From an uncultured SAR86 cluster bacterium (GTDB taxonomy: Bacteria; Pseudomonadota; Gammaproteobacteria; Magnimaribacterales; D2472), in NCBI GenBank assembly GCA_902517505.1, contig CABYCL010000001.1, forward strand, positions 93,006 through 157,005: a stretch of 64,000 bases of DNA, read 5' to 3'. Positions 10,863-25,623 of this stretch are shown one piece after another; positions within the stretch are counted from its first letter, which is position 1, and each line of letters starts with the position of its first letter. A model generated the notes under the pieces. It was given only the letters and a program-made list of their open reading frames with translations. It was not told where the DNA came from and made no database searches. The translations under genes and the position numbers were made by a program.

Positions 10863-12155
10863 TTGGAACTTTGGAATAAGTGCTCAGAAAAGCTTGAAAA
10901 CACACTATCGCAAGAAGATTTCAATACCTGGATTAGGCCTCTTAAAGCTAATATTGATAAAAACACTTTGGAGCTAGTCGCCCCAAACGATTTTATATTA
11001 GATTACATAGAAAAAAATTACGCAAAAGACATAAAATCTATTTTAAAAACCGAATCTAAAAAAAATATAAATTTAGTTTTTAAAACCCATACAAAAGAAA
11101 CATTTGTTGATAAATACAAAAACAAACAAAGTTCTGGTGTCAAGCTTGTCGAGGGCTATACATTTTCAAGTTTTGTTGAGGGCAAATCCAATCACTTAGC
11201 TTTAGCAGCAGCAAAACAGGTTGCAGCGAACCCAAGAGGAGACTATAACCCGCTATTTATTTATGGGGGCGTAGGCCTAGGAAAAACCCACCTTATGCAC
11301 GCAGTTGGAAATCAAATCTTAAATAATGAACCTAAAAAAAGAATCGTTTACGTTCACTCAGAAAAGTTTGTTTCAGATATGGTAAAAGCACTTCAGCTCG
11401 GCGCGATGAGTGAGTTCAAATCTTTTTATAGAAATGCCGACGCACTTTTAATTGACGATATACAATTTTTTGCTGGAAAAGAGCAATCGCAAGAAGAGTT
11501 TTTTCACACATTTAATGCATTATTGGATAGAAACAACCAAATGATATTAACTTGCGACAAATACCCAAAAGAAATTGATGGATTAGAGGAAAGATTAAAA
11601 TCAAGACTTGGTTGGGGTCTGCCGGTTGTAATTGATCCACCTGAGCTTGAGACTAGAGCCGCAGTTCTGTTAAAAAAGGCTTCTTCAATGGGGGTCTCTC
11701 TTCCAAATGACTGCGCGATTTATATTGCTCAAAGAATTAGATCGAATATTAGAGAACTAGAGGGTGCTCTTAAAAGGGTTGTCGCCAACGCAAGGTTTAC
11801 AAACCAAGAGGTTGATTTAGCTCTTGTTAAAGATGCACTAAAAGATCTTTTTGTAATTTCTGCAAAAATGGTAAGTGTAGAAAATATCCAAAAAACAGTC
11901 GCAGAATACTACAATATTAAGTTATCTGATTTATTATCTAAACGCAGAAGCAGGTCTATAACAAGACCAAGACAAATGGCAATGGCGCTAACAAAAGAGC
12001 TTACAAATCATAGCCTACCAGAAATTGGAGAGGCTTATAATGGAAGGGATCACACAACAGTTTTACATGCATGTAAAAAAATTAAAGAACTTAGAAAAGA
12101 GAATCCATCCCATGAAGAAGATTACAGAAATCTTAATAGGGTACTAACAAACTAA
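10863..12155 (+). CDS. dnaA: Chromosomal replication initiator DnaA
   Basis: 430 aa. TTG start preceded by AGGAG at 10852..10856. Walker [11 protein letters not shown] and a C-terminal DNA-binding domain. Confidence 0.95.
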   Translation: MELWNKCSEKLENTLSQEDFNTWIRPLKANIDKNTLELVAPNDFILDYIEKNYAKDIKSILKTESKKNINLVFKTHTKETFVDKYKNKQSSGVKLVEGYTFSSFVEGKSNHLALAAAKQVAANPRGDYNPLFIYGGVGLGKTHLMHAVGNQILNNEPKKRIVYVHSEKFVSDMVKALQLGAMSEFKSFYRNADALLIDDIQFFAGKEQSQEEFFHTFNALLDRNNQMILTCDKYPKEIDGLEERLKSRLGWGLPVVIDPPELETRAAVLLKKASSMGVSLPNDCAIYIAQRIRSNIRELEGALKRVVANARFTNQEVDLALVKDALKDLFVISAKMVSVENIQKTVAEYYNIKLSDLLSKRRSRSITRPRQMAMALTKELTNHSLPEIGEAYNGRDHTTVLHACKKIKELRKENPSHEEDYRNLNRVLTN

Positions 12156-13258
12156 TGGATTTTTATATTACAAAAGAAGAGGTGGTTAAGTCTTTAAATC
12201 AAACCTTGGGAGTTGTTGAAAAAAGACAAACACTACCAATTTTATCTAACGTTTTAGTTGAGGTAGATGAATCATCCTTAAAATTAACCGCAACAGACCT
12301 TGAAAGCGAAATTTCAACAACATCAACTATATCTAACTTTAAAAGCAGTGGAAAAACAACAGCTCCTGCAAGAAAACTGAGTGATTTGTGTAGATTACTA
12401 CCAGATATGACTGAAATACACTTTTTTCTAGATGGAGACAATCTTAGAATTGAAACAGAATCTGGAAAATATAACCTTTCAACACTACCAAGCGAGGATT
12501 TTCCTGTGTTTGAGATAGAAGAAACCCAATCTCAAATCAATATTTCATCACAAAATCTTAAGAAGTTGATATCAAAAACAGCATTTGCTATGGGAAATCA
12601 GGATTGGAGACATTATTTAAACGGACTTTTTTTATTGATAGACGATAAAAGTATAACAACTGTTGCAACAGACGCTCATCGATTAGCTTTAGCACACTCC
12701 TCTTTAAATGAAGCTGTTTCTGAATCAACGAATGGAATTGTTCCCAGGAAGTCAATCAATGAAATAGGAAAATTAGTTGGAGAAGGTTCTGAAAATGTTG
12801 TAATTAAACTTGGACAAACGTCTATCGCAGTAAATGTTTCTGGCACCACATTTGTCAGCAAATTAATAGAAGGTAAATTTCCTGATTACGAACAAGTCAT
12901 TCCATCGGGTGAAAGCTCTTTATTGGTTGTGGATAGAAAAAATTTTTCTGAAAGTCTAAGCAGGGTTAGTGTGTTATCGAGTGAAAAATACAAAGGAGTG
13001 AGAATTTTGACAAAAGAAAACTCTTTAAATATTTCTGCAAATAATCCAGAAAAAGAACAGGGCGAAGAAAATGTTGAATGCGAATATCAGGGAGAAGAAA
13101 TCGATATAGCTTTCAACGTTAATTATTTACAAGAAATTTTATCCACATTAGATTCTGAGAAAATTGAGATTAATTTCTTCGGTTCAGAAAAAAGCTGCCT
13201 AATTACTGATCCTAATTCTAGTGATTTAAAATATGTTGTAATGCCACTTCTTATTTAA
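12155..13258 (+). CDS. dnaN: DNA polymerase III beta sliding clamp
   Basis: 367 aa. TAATG overlap with dnaA. Typical clamp N-terminus and C-terminal MPLLI. Confidence 0.95.
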   Translation: MDFYITKEEVVKSLNQTLGVVEKRQTLPILSNVLVEVDESSLKLTATDLESEISTTSTISNFKSSGKTTAPARKLSDLCRLLPDMTEIHFFLDGDNLRIETESGKYNLSTLPSEDFPVFEIEETQSQINISSQNLKKLISKTAFAMGNQDWRHYLNGLFLLIDDKSITTVATDAHRLALAHSSLNEAVSESTNGIVPRKSINEIGKLVGEGSENVVIKLGQTSIAVNVSGTTFVSKLIEGKFPDYEQVIPSGESSLLVVDRKNFSESLSRVSVLSSEKYKGVRILTKENSLNISANNPEKEQGEENVECEYQGEEIDIAFNVNYLQEILSTLDSEKIEINFFGSEKSCLITDPNSSDLKYVVMPLLI

Positions 13259-13259
13259 A

Positions 13260-16961
<3,702 letters not shown>

Positions 16962-16963
16962 TA

Positions 16964-18310
16964 TTATTTCTTAATCAAATCTTTTATATACATAGCTAAC
17001 TCTTTAACTTGAAGCCTTGTTTGATTCATTGAGTCCCTATCTCTTAAGGTTACTGAATTATCATTAAGAGTATCAAAATCAACAGTTATGCATAAAGGTG
17101 TTCCTATTTCATCATGTTTTCTATAACTTTTTCCTATATTGCCTGTATTTTCAAGAATTATTCTACCCAAACCTATTTTTTGAAGATCATCTTTTATTTC
17201 TTTGGCAGTATTTACAATATCTTTATTATTCTTCTTTAGAGGTATAACTGCTGCTTTTACAGGTGATAAATGAGGTTTAAGTCTTAATACTATCCTATTT
17301 TTTCCGCCCTCCAATTCCTCATTTGTATACGCTTCATTTAAAATTGCTAGAAACCCTCTTTCGACACCTGCAGATGGTTCAATAACATAAGGTACAATCC
17401 AATCACCTGAATCATTTTTAACAGCCATCTTGCTATTAGAGTGTTTGTTTTTCTTTACATTTGAAGATATTTTAAGTTCATCCTGTTTTTTAGAATGGGA
17501 ACCTAGATCAAAATCAGTTCTGTTAGCTATACCCTCTAGTTCTTCTAACCCATGAGGAAATTTATACATTAAATCAACAGTCTTTTTTGAATAATGTGCT
17601 AACTCATCTGTGGGTACATCGTACAACTCAATACTTTTTATGGGTACACCTTGATTACTCCACCAGTCTAATCTTTTTTGTACCCATGATTCATGAGCAT
17701 CTTCATCTTCACCTGGCATTACAAAGTATTCTAATTCCATTTGTTCAAACTCTCTAACTCTAAATATAAAATTTCTTGGAGTTATTTCATTTCTAAATGC
17801 TTTACCAATTTGAGCTATTCCAAATGGTATTGGTTTAGATGTAGAATCTAATACATTTTTAAAATTTGTAAATATTTGTTGCGCTGTTTCTGGTCTAAGA
17901 TATGCATAATTAGAGCCATCTTCCAATGGTCCAACACTTGTTTTAAACATAAGATTAAATTGTCTAGGCTCAGTTAAATCCTCTTTTTTGCAATGATCTG
18001 GAACTTGATCCTCTCTGAACCTTAAATTGCATGATTTGCAGTCAACCATAGGATCAGAGAAGGTTTCTTCATGGCCTGAATACTTTAAGACTAGTGGATT
18101 TGTTAAAATTGATGAATCTAGGCCTTCAATATTGTCATTTTCATAGACCATTGCTTCCCACCATGCATTCTTAAGATTATTTTTTAACTCAACACCAAGG
18201 GGGCCAAAATCATATGTTCCCTGAAGGCCGCCATATATTTCGCTTGATTGAAATATAAAGCCTCTTCTTTTGCATAAAGCGACAATTTCATCCATGTTTT
18301 TAGCTGGCAC
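16964..18310 (-). CDS. glyQS: Glycine--tRNA ligase, single-chain dimeric (alpha2) type
   Basis: 448 aa, GTG start. N-terminus ...[31 protein letters not shown] is typical of GlyQS. No separate glyQ/glyS pair is present here. Confidence 0.9.
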   Translation of the reverse strand: MPAKNMDEIVALCKRRGFIFQSSEIYGGLQGTYDFGPLGVELKNNLKNAWWEAMVYENDNIEGLDSSILTNPLVLKYSGHEETFSDPMVDCKSCNLRFREDQVPDHCKKEDLTEPRQFNLMFKTSVGPLEDGSNYAYLRPETAQQIFTNFKNVLDSTSKPIPFGIAQIGKAFRNEITPRNFIFRVREFEQMELEYFVMPGEDEDAHESWVQKRLDWWSNQGVPIKSIELYDVPTDELAHYSKKTVDLMYKFPHGLEELEGIANRTDFDLGSHSKKQDELKISSNVKKNKHSNSKMAVKNDSGDWIVPYVIEPSAGVERGFLAILNEAYTNEELEGGKNRIVLRLKPHLSPVKAAVIPLKKNNKDIVNTAKEIKDDLQKIGLGRIILENTGNIGKSYRKHDEIGTPLCITVDFDTLNDNSVTLRDRDSMNQTRLQVKELAMYIKDLIKK

Positions 18311-18375
18311 TTTGTTTCACTCCTTTTATCGACAAATGTCTACTATTTATAATTATCAAATTAAACTAATATTTT

Positions 18376-19293
18376 TTGTATATTTTATCTATTTATGATT
18401 ATATATCATGCAAAATCATAAAGTTGATGATAAAAGCATTATTTTACATACTTTCTAGGTTACCAAGAGCATTTTTTGTAATCTTAATTGATATTTATCT
18501 GTATTCACGAATTTACAAGCTTTTCGTTTCATATAAAATCACAAAAATTAACCTTAAAATCGCCTATCCTGATCTTAATAATTTAAATATTGAATTATTA
18601 GCGAAACTAAGTATTCGTGAATCTTTAATTTCGGGATATGAAACTATTTACACATGGGGAAGCAATACTCACGATTCAAATGAAATGATCTTTAGAATCG
18701 AAAATAATTTTCTATTAAACAATTATATACTTCAAGGAAAGGGCATGATTTTAGTTGCACTCCATAATAGAAGTGTTGATATGTTGCTTGCCTGGATTTG
18801 CTCTCAAACGGCTACCGTAAGTTTATATAAAAAAATAAAAAATAAAGCTCTTGATTTGTTTGTTAAAAATAAAAGAGAATCAGATGGCTCTATTTGTGTA
18901 GAAACTTCTATCACAGGCGTAAGGAAAATATATAAAGCATTAAAACAAAATAAGGTTATATGTTTTGCAGCAGACCAAGTTCCACAAAGAGGAATGGGAG
19001 AATACATTAAGTTTTTTAATAGGGATGCATATTCAACAACTTTAGTTCAAAGCCTAGCTTTAAAAACAGGATGCCCTTTAGTTTATTTTTATATTAACTC
19101 AAACAAAGGTAATTATTTAACTGTTACGTTAGAAATGATTAATGAAAGTATTTATAGTGATAGTAAGCGCTCACAGATTATTAATACAGGGATTGAAAAA
19201 ATTATTAATAAAAGACCTATAGATTATTCATGGGAATATAAAAGGTTTAAAAAAAGCAAATCTGATCAACAAGATCCATATTCAGGAATCTAG
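18376..19293 (+). CDS. Lipid A biosynthesis (Kdo)2-lipid IVA acyltransferase family protein (LpxL/HtrB-like)
   Basis: 305 aa from TTG, with an alternative ATG at 18427. HX4D motif HNRSVD. ADQVP... block is typical of the LpxL/LpxM family. Confidence 0.7.
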   Translation: MYILSIYDYISCKIIKLMIKALFYILSRLPRAFFVILIDIYLYSRIYKLFVSYKITKINLKIAYPDLNNLNIELLAKLSIRESLISGYETIYTWGSNTHDSNEMIFRIENNFLLNNYILQGKGMILVALHNRSVDMLLAWICSQTATVSLYKKIKNKALDLFVKNKRESDGSICVETSITGVRKIYKALKQNKVICFAADQVPQRGMGEYIKFFNRDAYSTTLVQSLALKTGCPLVYFYINSNKGNYLTVTLEMINESIYSDSKRSQIINTGIEKIINKRPIDYSWEYKRFKKSKSDQQDPYSGI

Positions 19294-20730
19294 TTATTTA
19301 GCCCAAAACATTGGAGTTAGTATTACAAGCAAAGTAAAAATTTCTAACCTTCCTAACAACATTGCAAATGCTAAAATTCCTTTTGAGTATGAGCTTATAC
19401 TTGAGTAATTTTCAGAAACAATTCCTAAGCCCGGGCCTAAATTATTTAAACATGCTCCAACCGCTGAGAATGCTGATTCAAGATCTAATCCAGTGACCAA
19501 TATAGCCAGCAGCAGCACCATAAAAGAAATTACATAAATAGAAAAAAATCCCCACACGGATGTGGCTGCTTGGTCATCAACACTTCTTGTTCCAATTTTT
19601 AGTGATACTATTGAGTTAGGATGTATTATTTTCATTATATTTAAATAGGCATGATTAATCATAATCATAACCCTCCAAGATTTAATACCTCCCCCAACAG
19701 ACCCAGAACAAGCCCCAATAAAAGCACCCACTAATAATAAGAAAGATAACGAAAAAGGCCAATCTGAAGAATTTGAAACAGTAAAGCCTGTAGTGGTGAC
19801 CATGGAAACAGTATGAAATGCAATATTTTTTATTTCATTTGCAGTTATATTATTTGATACCACACTAATAATTACTGCTAAAGCAAAAATAAGAATAATT
19901 ATTCCAACAAAAAACCTTAATTCAGGATCATATAAATATTTAAGAGGCTTTCTTTTATATAAAGCAAAGTAATGAAGTGTGAAGCTAAAAGCAGATAAAA
20001 GCATAAAGACCATGCAGATAAGCTCAATAGAAAAGCTGTTAAAGAATCCAATGCTTTCGTTGTGGGTTGAGAAGCCACCAATAGCAACTGTAGACATAGA
20101 ATGTGACATAGCATCAAAGACAGACATACCACTGATGTAATACAGCAAAGCACAAATAACAGTTAAACCTAAGTATATTGACCACAAAGCTTGTGCAGTT
20201 TCTTTTATCCTGGGTGTAAGTTTTTGTTCACCCATTGCACCAGGAATTTCAGTTTTATATATTTGACCCCCACCAATTCCTAACAAAGGCATTACGGCAA
20301 TCGCTAGAACTATTAAACCCATTCCTCCCATCCACTGTAGTAACTGTCTGTAAAATAACAAAGACTCAGGCAAGACATCAATATTTGAAATTACAGAAGC
20401 CCCTGTTGTAGTGATACCTGACATTGACTCAAAAAAAGAATCAATCATGCTCATTCCACTCATATAAAACGGAACTGATCCAGCAATGGATAATACTATC
20501 CAAAACATTACAATTATTACAAACCCATCTTTTTGAGAAAGATCATTTTCAATATTTCTTGTTAAAAGCAACCCCAACATTCCTAAAGAGCTAACACCAA
20601 CTAGAGTTTTAATGAATATATCAAGAGCTCCGTCTTCAAATATTATTGAGACAATAATAGGGAATACATAAGAAAAGCTAAAGAATAAAACTAATATGCT
20701 AAATAGATTTACTATTGATTTTGGGTTCAT
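19294..20730 (-). CDS. trkH: Trk-type potassium uptake membrane subunit TrkH
   Basis: 478 aa polytopic protein with repeated M1-P-M2 motifs (TTTG, GGFS, TTTGF). Adjacent to trkA. Confidence 0.9.
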   Translation of the reverse strand: MNPKSIVNLFSILVLFFSFSYVFPIIVSIIFEDGALDIFIKTLVGVSSLGMLGLLLTRNIENDLSQKDGFVIIVMFWIVLSIAGSVPFYMSGMSMIDSFFESMSGITTTGASVISNIDVLPESLLFYRQLLQWMGGMGLIVLAIAVMPLLGIGGGQIYKTEIPGAMGEQKLTPRIKETAQALWSIYLGLTVICALLYYISGMSVFDAMSHSMSTVAIGGFSTHNESIGFFNSFSIELICMVFMLLSAFSFTLHYFALYKRKPLKYLYDPELRFFVGIIILIFALAVIISVVSNNITANEIKNIAFHTVSMVTTTGFTVSNSSDWPFSLSFLLLVGAFIGACSGSVGGGIKSWRVMIMINHAYLNIMKIIHPNSIVSLKIGTRSVDDQAATSVWGFFSIYVISFMVLLLAILVTGLDLESAFSAVGACLNNLGPGLGIVSENYSSISSYSKGILAFAMLLGRLEIFTLLVILTPMFWAK

Positions 20731-22085
20731 TAGTTTGTTTTAAATAGAACCTCGACTTCTGAAACCATTTTTTTATCTGCTAGAAATATAATTAGACGAT
20801 CATTTAAAGAAAGCTCTACATCAGAGTTTGGCATTAATAGATCTCCATGTCTAACCACAGCCCCGATAGAAGCACCTTCAGGCAATGGAATTTCTTTTAA
20901 TGACTTTCCAAACAAATTAGATGTAAATTCATTAGCATGAACAACGCCCTCAATCGCTTCAGCCCCAGTATCCATTTTTAGTAATACATCTTGTGTAACA
21001 TCACTCTCTCTAAGATCCTGCAGAACAGAAGAGACTGTTAATCTATACGGAGCTATATAAGTATCAATAAAGCCAGGAACCAATCCCAAGTAAGAAGGGT
21101 TATTTAAAATTATCATAGTTTTCTTTGCTCCCATTTTTTTTGCAAGCAAGGAAGACATCAAGTTTGTTTCATCGTCGTCGGTTAATGCACAAAAAATATC
21201 TATATTTGAAATATTTTCACTTTTTAAGAGATCCTCATCTGTAGCTGAACCATGAAGCACTATTGTTTTATCTAAATTTTTAGATAATTTCTTGCATTTA
21301 TCTTTGTTTGAATCAATTAACTTGATTTTGTAACCATCTTCAAGCTCTTTTGCCAAGGAATAACCAATTTTACCACCACCAACAATCATCACTCTTGAGT
21401 AAACATCACCCTGATCTCTGAACTCATTTACAATTTGATCGATGTTTGAAGCTGAAGAAATGAAATATATTTCATCTGATTCTTTTATAACTGTATCCCC
21501 AGAAGGAATAAAAGGCCTTCCTTTTCTATAAATTGATGCGACAAATGCATCTGTCTCTGGCATATCATCTTTAATGCCTTTTAATTCTCTTCCTACAAGC
21601 TTTGCTTTCTTTTTAGCTTTAACACTAACTAGATTTACTTTCCCTTCAGCAAACTGTTCAATTTGTTCAGCACCTGGATGCATAATCAACTCTTTAAGAT
21701 GGTTCATAACTTCTTTTTCAGGATTTATAACAATATCAATAATATTTTCTCCAAAAACATTAAGATTTTTTGTATATGATTTTTCTGAAAGTCTGCAGAT
21801 TGTCTTTTTTACATCAAATTGTTTCTTTGCAATCTGACATGCAATTAAATTTACCTCATCATTAGATGTTACAGCTATTACAGTTGTTTCATTATCAGCA
21901 CCAGCTTTTTTTATAGTAATAGGATGAGAAGCATGACCTTCAACTGTCAATATATCTAACTTATCTTCCAAGGATTCAAGGACATTTTTGTTTAGATCTA
22001 TAATAGATACGTCATAATTATTATTAACCAAAGCCCTGGCAAGACTTCCACCAACACGACCAGCACCTAAAATTAGCACTTTCAT
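20730..22085 (-). CDS. trkA: Trk system NAD-binding subunit TrkA
   Basis: 451 aa with two RCK/KTN Rossmann repeats (ILGAGRVGG, IVGGGKIG). Confidence 0.9.
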   Translation of the reverse strand: MKVLILGAGRVGGSLARALVNNNYDVSIIDLNKNVLESLEDKLDILTVEGHASHPITIKKAGADNETTVIAVTSNDEVNLIACQIAKKQFDVKKTICRLSEKSYTKNLNVFGENIIDIVINPEKEVMNHLKELIMHPGAEQIEQFAEGKVNLVSVKAKKKAKLVGRELKGIKDDMPETDAFVASIYRKGRPFIPSGDTVIKESDEIYFISSASNIDQIVNEFRDQGDVYSRVMIVGGGKIGYSLAKELEDGYKIKLIDSNKDKCKKLSKNLDKTIVLHGSATDEDLLKSENISNIDIFCALTDDDETNLMSSLLAKKMGAKKTMIILNNPSYLGLVPGFIDTYIAPYRLTVSSVLQDLRESDVTQDVLLKMDTGAEAIEGVVHANEFTSNLFGKSLKEIPLPEGASIGAVVRHGDLLMPNSDVELSLNDRLIIFLADKKMVSEVEVLFKTN

Positions 22086-22141
22086 AATGTGTAAATTAAA
22101 CCTCTTTTGTTAGAAATAAAAGACTTATCTTAAAATATATT

Positions 22142-23062
22142 TTATTGAAAGAATTTTTTATAAGAATTGAAAACATCAGATGAAGATATTATTTTTTTAT
22201 TTGGAAACTGTAAGTAAGTAATTACTACCACTTTATCGCCTGTATTTACATATAAACCTGTCATATCTAACTTTAATATTGTACCTGGTTTATTTGTACT
22301 TATTTCATTAGTTCTATGTATTCCATGGATTTTAATATTAATATCTTTATATTTAAAACATAGCCCTGGCCATTCATAATACGCTCTAAATTTGTTAATT
22401 ATGTCGTCGCTAGTCTCACTGAAATCAATAACCGAATCTGTTTTTTTAATTTTTTTACAATAGGTAGCTCTTGAATGATCTTGAGCTTCAGATTCTATTT
22501 TATTGTCTTGCATATTTCTTAATGTTTCATAAATTTTAGCAATACACTTTTTAGTTAACTTATCTTCAAGAGTTAACTTATTATCATCTTCATTAATTTT
22601 TATTGTAAATGCGGAAATAATATCTCCAGCATCAAGATCTTTTGTCATTTTAATAATTGATATACCAGTATCATTATCACCATTCAATAATGATGCTTGT
22701 ATTGGTGAAGCCCCTCTATATTTTGGCAACAAAGAGAAATGTACATTGATTGAGGAATTATTTGGTAATTCTAATAGCCACGAAGGAATAATTTTTCCAT
22801 AGGCAATTACAATTAGAAAATCTATATTTAAAGCACTGATAATTTCTTTAATTTCATTTAAATCAATGCTTTCAGGCTTATATGTATCTAATTTTAAGGA
22901 TTTAGCCTCAATAGATACAGGTGATTGGATTAAATTACTACCTCTTTTACCTCTTTTATCAGGTTGTGTTAAAACGCCTTTTATATTTATATGCTTATTA
23001 TTTGCTAAGTTTCTTAGTATTATAGCGGAGCTTGATGGTGTTCCAGCATATAAGATATTCAT
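22142..23062 (-). CDS. fmt: Methionyl-tRNA formyltransferase
   Basis: 306 aa with HFSLLPKYRGASPIQ motif. Lies downstream of def. Confidence 0.9.
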   Translation of the reverse strand: MNILYAGTPSSSAIILRNLANNKHINIKGVLTQPDKRGKRGSNLIQSPVSIEAKSLKLDTYKPESIDLNEIKEIISALNIDFLIVIAYGKIIPSWLLELPNNSSINVHFSLLPKYRGASPIQASLLNGDNDTGISIIKMTKDLDAGDIISAFTIKINEDDNKLTLEDKLTKKCIAKIYETLRNMQDNKIESEAQDHSRATYCKKIKKTDSVIDFSETSDDIINKFRAYYEWPGLCFKYKDINIKIHGIHRTNEISTNKPGTILKLDMTGLYVNTGDKVVVITYLQFPNKKIISSSDVFNSYKKFFQ

Positions 23063-23086
23063 AATTTCTTTTAATTACCTATAATT

Positions 23087-23590
23087 TCATGTATATTCTT
23101 TTAAAAGCTTACTTCTTATTCGATCTCTTTTAAGTGCGCTTATATAATCAACCATTAATTTTCCATCTAAATGATCAATTTCGTGTTGAATACATACAGT
23201 TAATAGACCCTCAGGCTTGTCTATATGCTGATTGCCCTTAATATCTTGCCATGTAAGCTCTATTTTATCAGGACGAGTAATGGTTTCATTAAAGCCAGGA
23301 ATTGAAAGGCAACCCTCTTCAAACTCAAATAATTTATGATTTTTAAGTATTTTGAATGTTGGATTGATAAAAATCCTAGGATCATCTCGTTCTTCTGACA
23401 AATCCATCACAATTAGCCTAATATGACGATCAACTTGAGTTGCAGCAAGACCTATTCCATTAGCAATATACATTGTCTCTAGCATGTCATTTGCTAGACT
23501 TTCTAGACTTTTGTCGAATTTTGTTACTTTTTTTGCAACTTTTCTTAATCTAGGGTCAGGAAATATTAAAATTTTCAATTTTTTAGCCAT
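23087..23590 (-). CDS. def: Peptide deformylase
   Basis: 167 aa with motifs GIGLAATQV, EGCLS and HEIDH. Confidence 0.95.
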   Translation of the reverse strand: MAKKLKILIFPDPRLRKVAKKVTKFDKSLESLANDMLETMYIANGIGLAATQVDRHIRLIVMDLSEERDDPRIFINPTFKILKNHKLFEFEEGCLSIPGFNETITRPDKIELTWQDIKGNQHIDKPEGLLTVCIQHEIDHLDGKLMVDYISALKRDRIRSKLLKEYT

Positions 23591-23654
23591 TTTTGGTATT
23601 TTTTATTATAATTGCGAGATTATAATCCAGTTAACAAATTAAGAGTATATCAAA

Positions 23655-24155
23655 ATGACAAACGAAACAGTTCAAGTATCAATAATAATGGGTTCTGACT
23701 CAGATTTGCCTGTAGTAGAGGCAATTTTCCCTATTTTAGAGTCATTTGGGGTTAAATTTACTAAAAATGTTATGTCTGCACATAGAACTCCGCATGATGT
23801 TATGAAATTGATCTCAGATTCAGAAAAAAATGGCTGTAAAGTATTTATTGCTGCAGCAGGCATGGCAGCCCACCTTGCTGGAGCAGTAGCAGCGCACTCA
23901 ACAAAGCCTGTTATTGGCATCCCAATTGAATCAGGTGGTATGGGTGGAATAGATTCATTGCTTTCAACTGCTATGATGCCACCAGGTGTTCCAGTCGCTA
24001 CTGTTGCTGTAGGAAAAAGCGGTGCTAAAAATAGCGCAATTCTGGCAGTTCAAATTCTAGCAACAGGAAATGAAGACTTAGCTAAAAAATTAGTTGAGTA
24101 CAAAGAAAATATGAGGAAAGAAGTTTTAGATAAAGATAAAAAACTTAACTCGTAA
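23655..24155 (+). CDS. purE: N5-carboxyaminoimidazole ribonucleotide mutase
   Basis: 166 aa with IIMGSDSD and the AAAGMAAHLAG class I-like loop. Confidence 0.9.
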   Translation: MTNETVQVSIIMGSDSDLPVVEAIFPILESFGVKFTKNVMSAHRTPHDVMKLISDSEKNGCKVFIAAAGMAAHLAGAVAAHSTKPVIGIPIESGGMGGIDSLLSTAMMPPGVPVATVAVGKSGAKNSAILAVQILATGNEDLAKKLVEYKENMRKEVLDKDKKLNS

Positions 24156-24716
24156 TTGAATAAAATTTCATTAAATCTTGACTCATCTATTGAGTGGCTT
24201 AATTCAGGAAAAACTTTAATTCATCCTACAGAATCAATTTGGGGAATAGGTTGCGATGCATTTAATAAAGATGCTGTTGAAAATATTTTTAAGTTAAAGA
24301 AAAGACATAAAAATAAGAGTTTTATTTTATTGGTAGATTCACTAGAAGCAATTGAAAAGTATTTGCTGAAAATTAATATAGATGATAAAAACCATTTGAT
24401 GAAATACTGGCCAGGCGCATACACTTTTTTAATTAAATATAATAATAAACTGCCTACACATTTACATAATGAAACTGGAAAAATAGCTATAAGAGTAAGT
24501 AATCACTTACCTATAAATACATTAATTAAAGCTTTTTCTGGTTTCATGGTTTCTACATCAGCAAATATCTCTGGAGAAAAAAATATTAATAATCCTATGG
24601 ATATAATTAATTTTTTTGAATATGAAGAATTGGCATACTATGATGAGTATCTTGGTAAAAACACCTCGCCATCAAAGATAATTGATTTAGAAACAAAAGC
24701 TATCATTAGAGAATAG
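24156..24716 (+). CDS. tsaC: L-threonylcarbamoyladenylate synthase (YrdC/TsaC type)
   Basis: 186 aa YrdC-domain protein with a TTG start. Conserved neighbourhood with aroE. Confidence 0.75.
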   Translation: MNKISLNLDSSIEWLNSGKTLIHPTESIWGIGCDAFNKDAVENIFKLKKRHKNKSFILLVDSLEAIEKYLLKINIDDKNHLMKYWPGAYTFLIKYNNKLPTHLHNETGKIAIRVSNHLPINTLIKAFSGFMVSTSANISGEKNINNPMDIINFFEYEELAYYDEYLGKNTSPSKIIDLETKAIIRE

Positions 24717-24717
24717 A

Positions 24718-25623
24718 ATGATAAAAGAATTAGAGCATACATTTAAGAATATTCAGTCTCAAATCCGTAAGGAATTTGAAAATTTAGAGACATCAAAAAA
24801 CTCAGAAATAAGTTATGACTCATGGAAAAGAGAAGAAGGCGGGGGCGGTAAAACCTTCATTATTGCAAACGGAAGGTTGTTTGATAATTGTGCGGTTAAT
24901 TTTTCTTCAATATATGGAAACCAATTACCAGATTCTGCTCTTCCAAGCTCTTTAAAGAAAACTATTAAAAACGGTTATCATGCAATGGGCATTTCTGTAA
25001 TATCTCATCCAAAAAACCCTAATATACCCTCAAGCCATATGAATGTTCGTCTGTTTGCTATTTTGGATAAAAAAGGCGAAATTGATAACTGGTGGATTGG
25101 TGGAGGATATGATTTAACACCATATATACCCTTTGAAAAAGATATCGTTAATTGGCACAAAGAAGCGAAAGCTTCATTAGAGCCATTTAGCAGTAGTTTT
25201 TATAAGCAGTTCTCTGAAAACTGCAACGAATACTTTTTTATACCGCATAGAAATGAAAGAAGGGGTGTTGGCGGCATATTTTTTGACAATTTATCAGACT
25301 TGAGCCTCGAAAACAGCTTAAAAATGCTTGAATCAGTTGCTTCTTCTTATATCAATTCATACATGAGTATATTAAACAAAAGAAAATCAATTAAATTTTC
25401 CAAAGAAGATAAAGAATTCCAGCTCATTAGAAGAGGGAGATATGCTGAATTTAATCTAATCTATGACAGAGGCACTGCGTTTGGTCTAAAATCTAATGGA
25501 AGAATTGAATCAATATTGGCTTCTTTGCCATCACATGTAAAATGGTCTTACAAAAAAAACCAAAAATATATAGACCTAGAAAAAAAGTTATTGAGAGTCA
25601 TTAATAGAGATTGGAATGTCTAA
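24718..25623 (+). CDS. hemF: Oxygen-dependent coproporphyrinogen III oxidase
   Basis: 301 aa with WKREEGGGGKT, HRNERRGVGGIFFD and RRGRYAEFNL blocks. Confidence 0.9.
   Translation: MIKELEHTFKNIQSQIRKEFENLETSKNSEISYDSWKREEGGGGKTFIIANGRLFDNCAVNFSSIYGNQLPDSALPSSLKKTIKNGYHAMGISVISHPKNPNIPSSHMNVRLFAILDKKGEIDNWWIGGGYDLTPYIPFEKDIVNWHKEAKASLEPFSSSFYKQFSENCNEYFFIPHRNERRGVGGIFFDNLSDLSLENSLKMLESVASSYINSYMSILNKRKSIKFSKEDKEFQLIRRGRYAEFNLIYDRGTAFGLKSNGRIESILASLPSHVKWSYKKNQKYIDLEKKLLRVINRDWNV

Noticed and set aside
23600-23640. Two direct attataat copies in the def/purE divergent spacer, considered as a specific regulatory repeat
   Set aside because: They are most simply two -10-like hexamers of the divergent promoters in AT-rich DNA. 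There is no further symmetry or partner motif.
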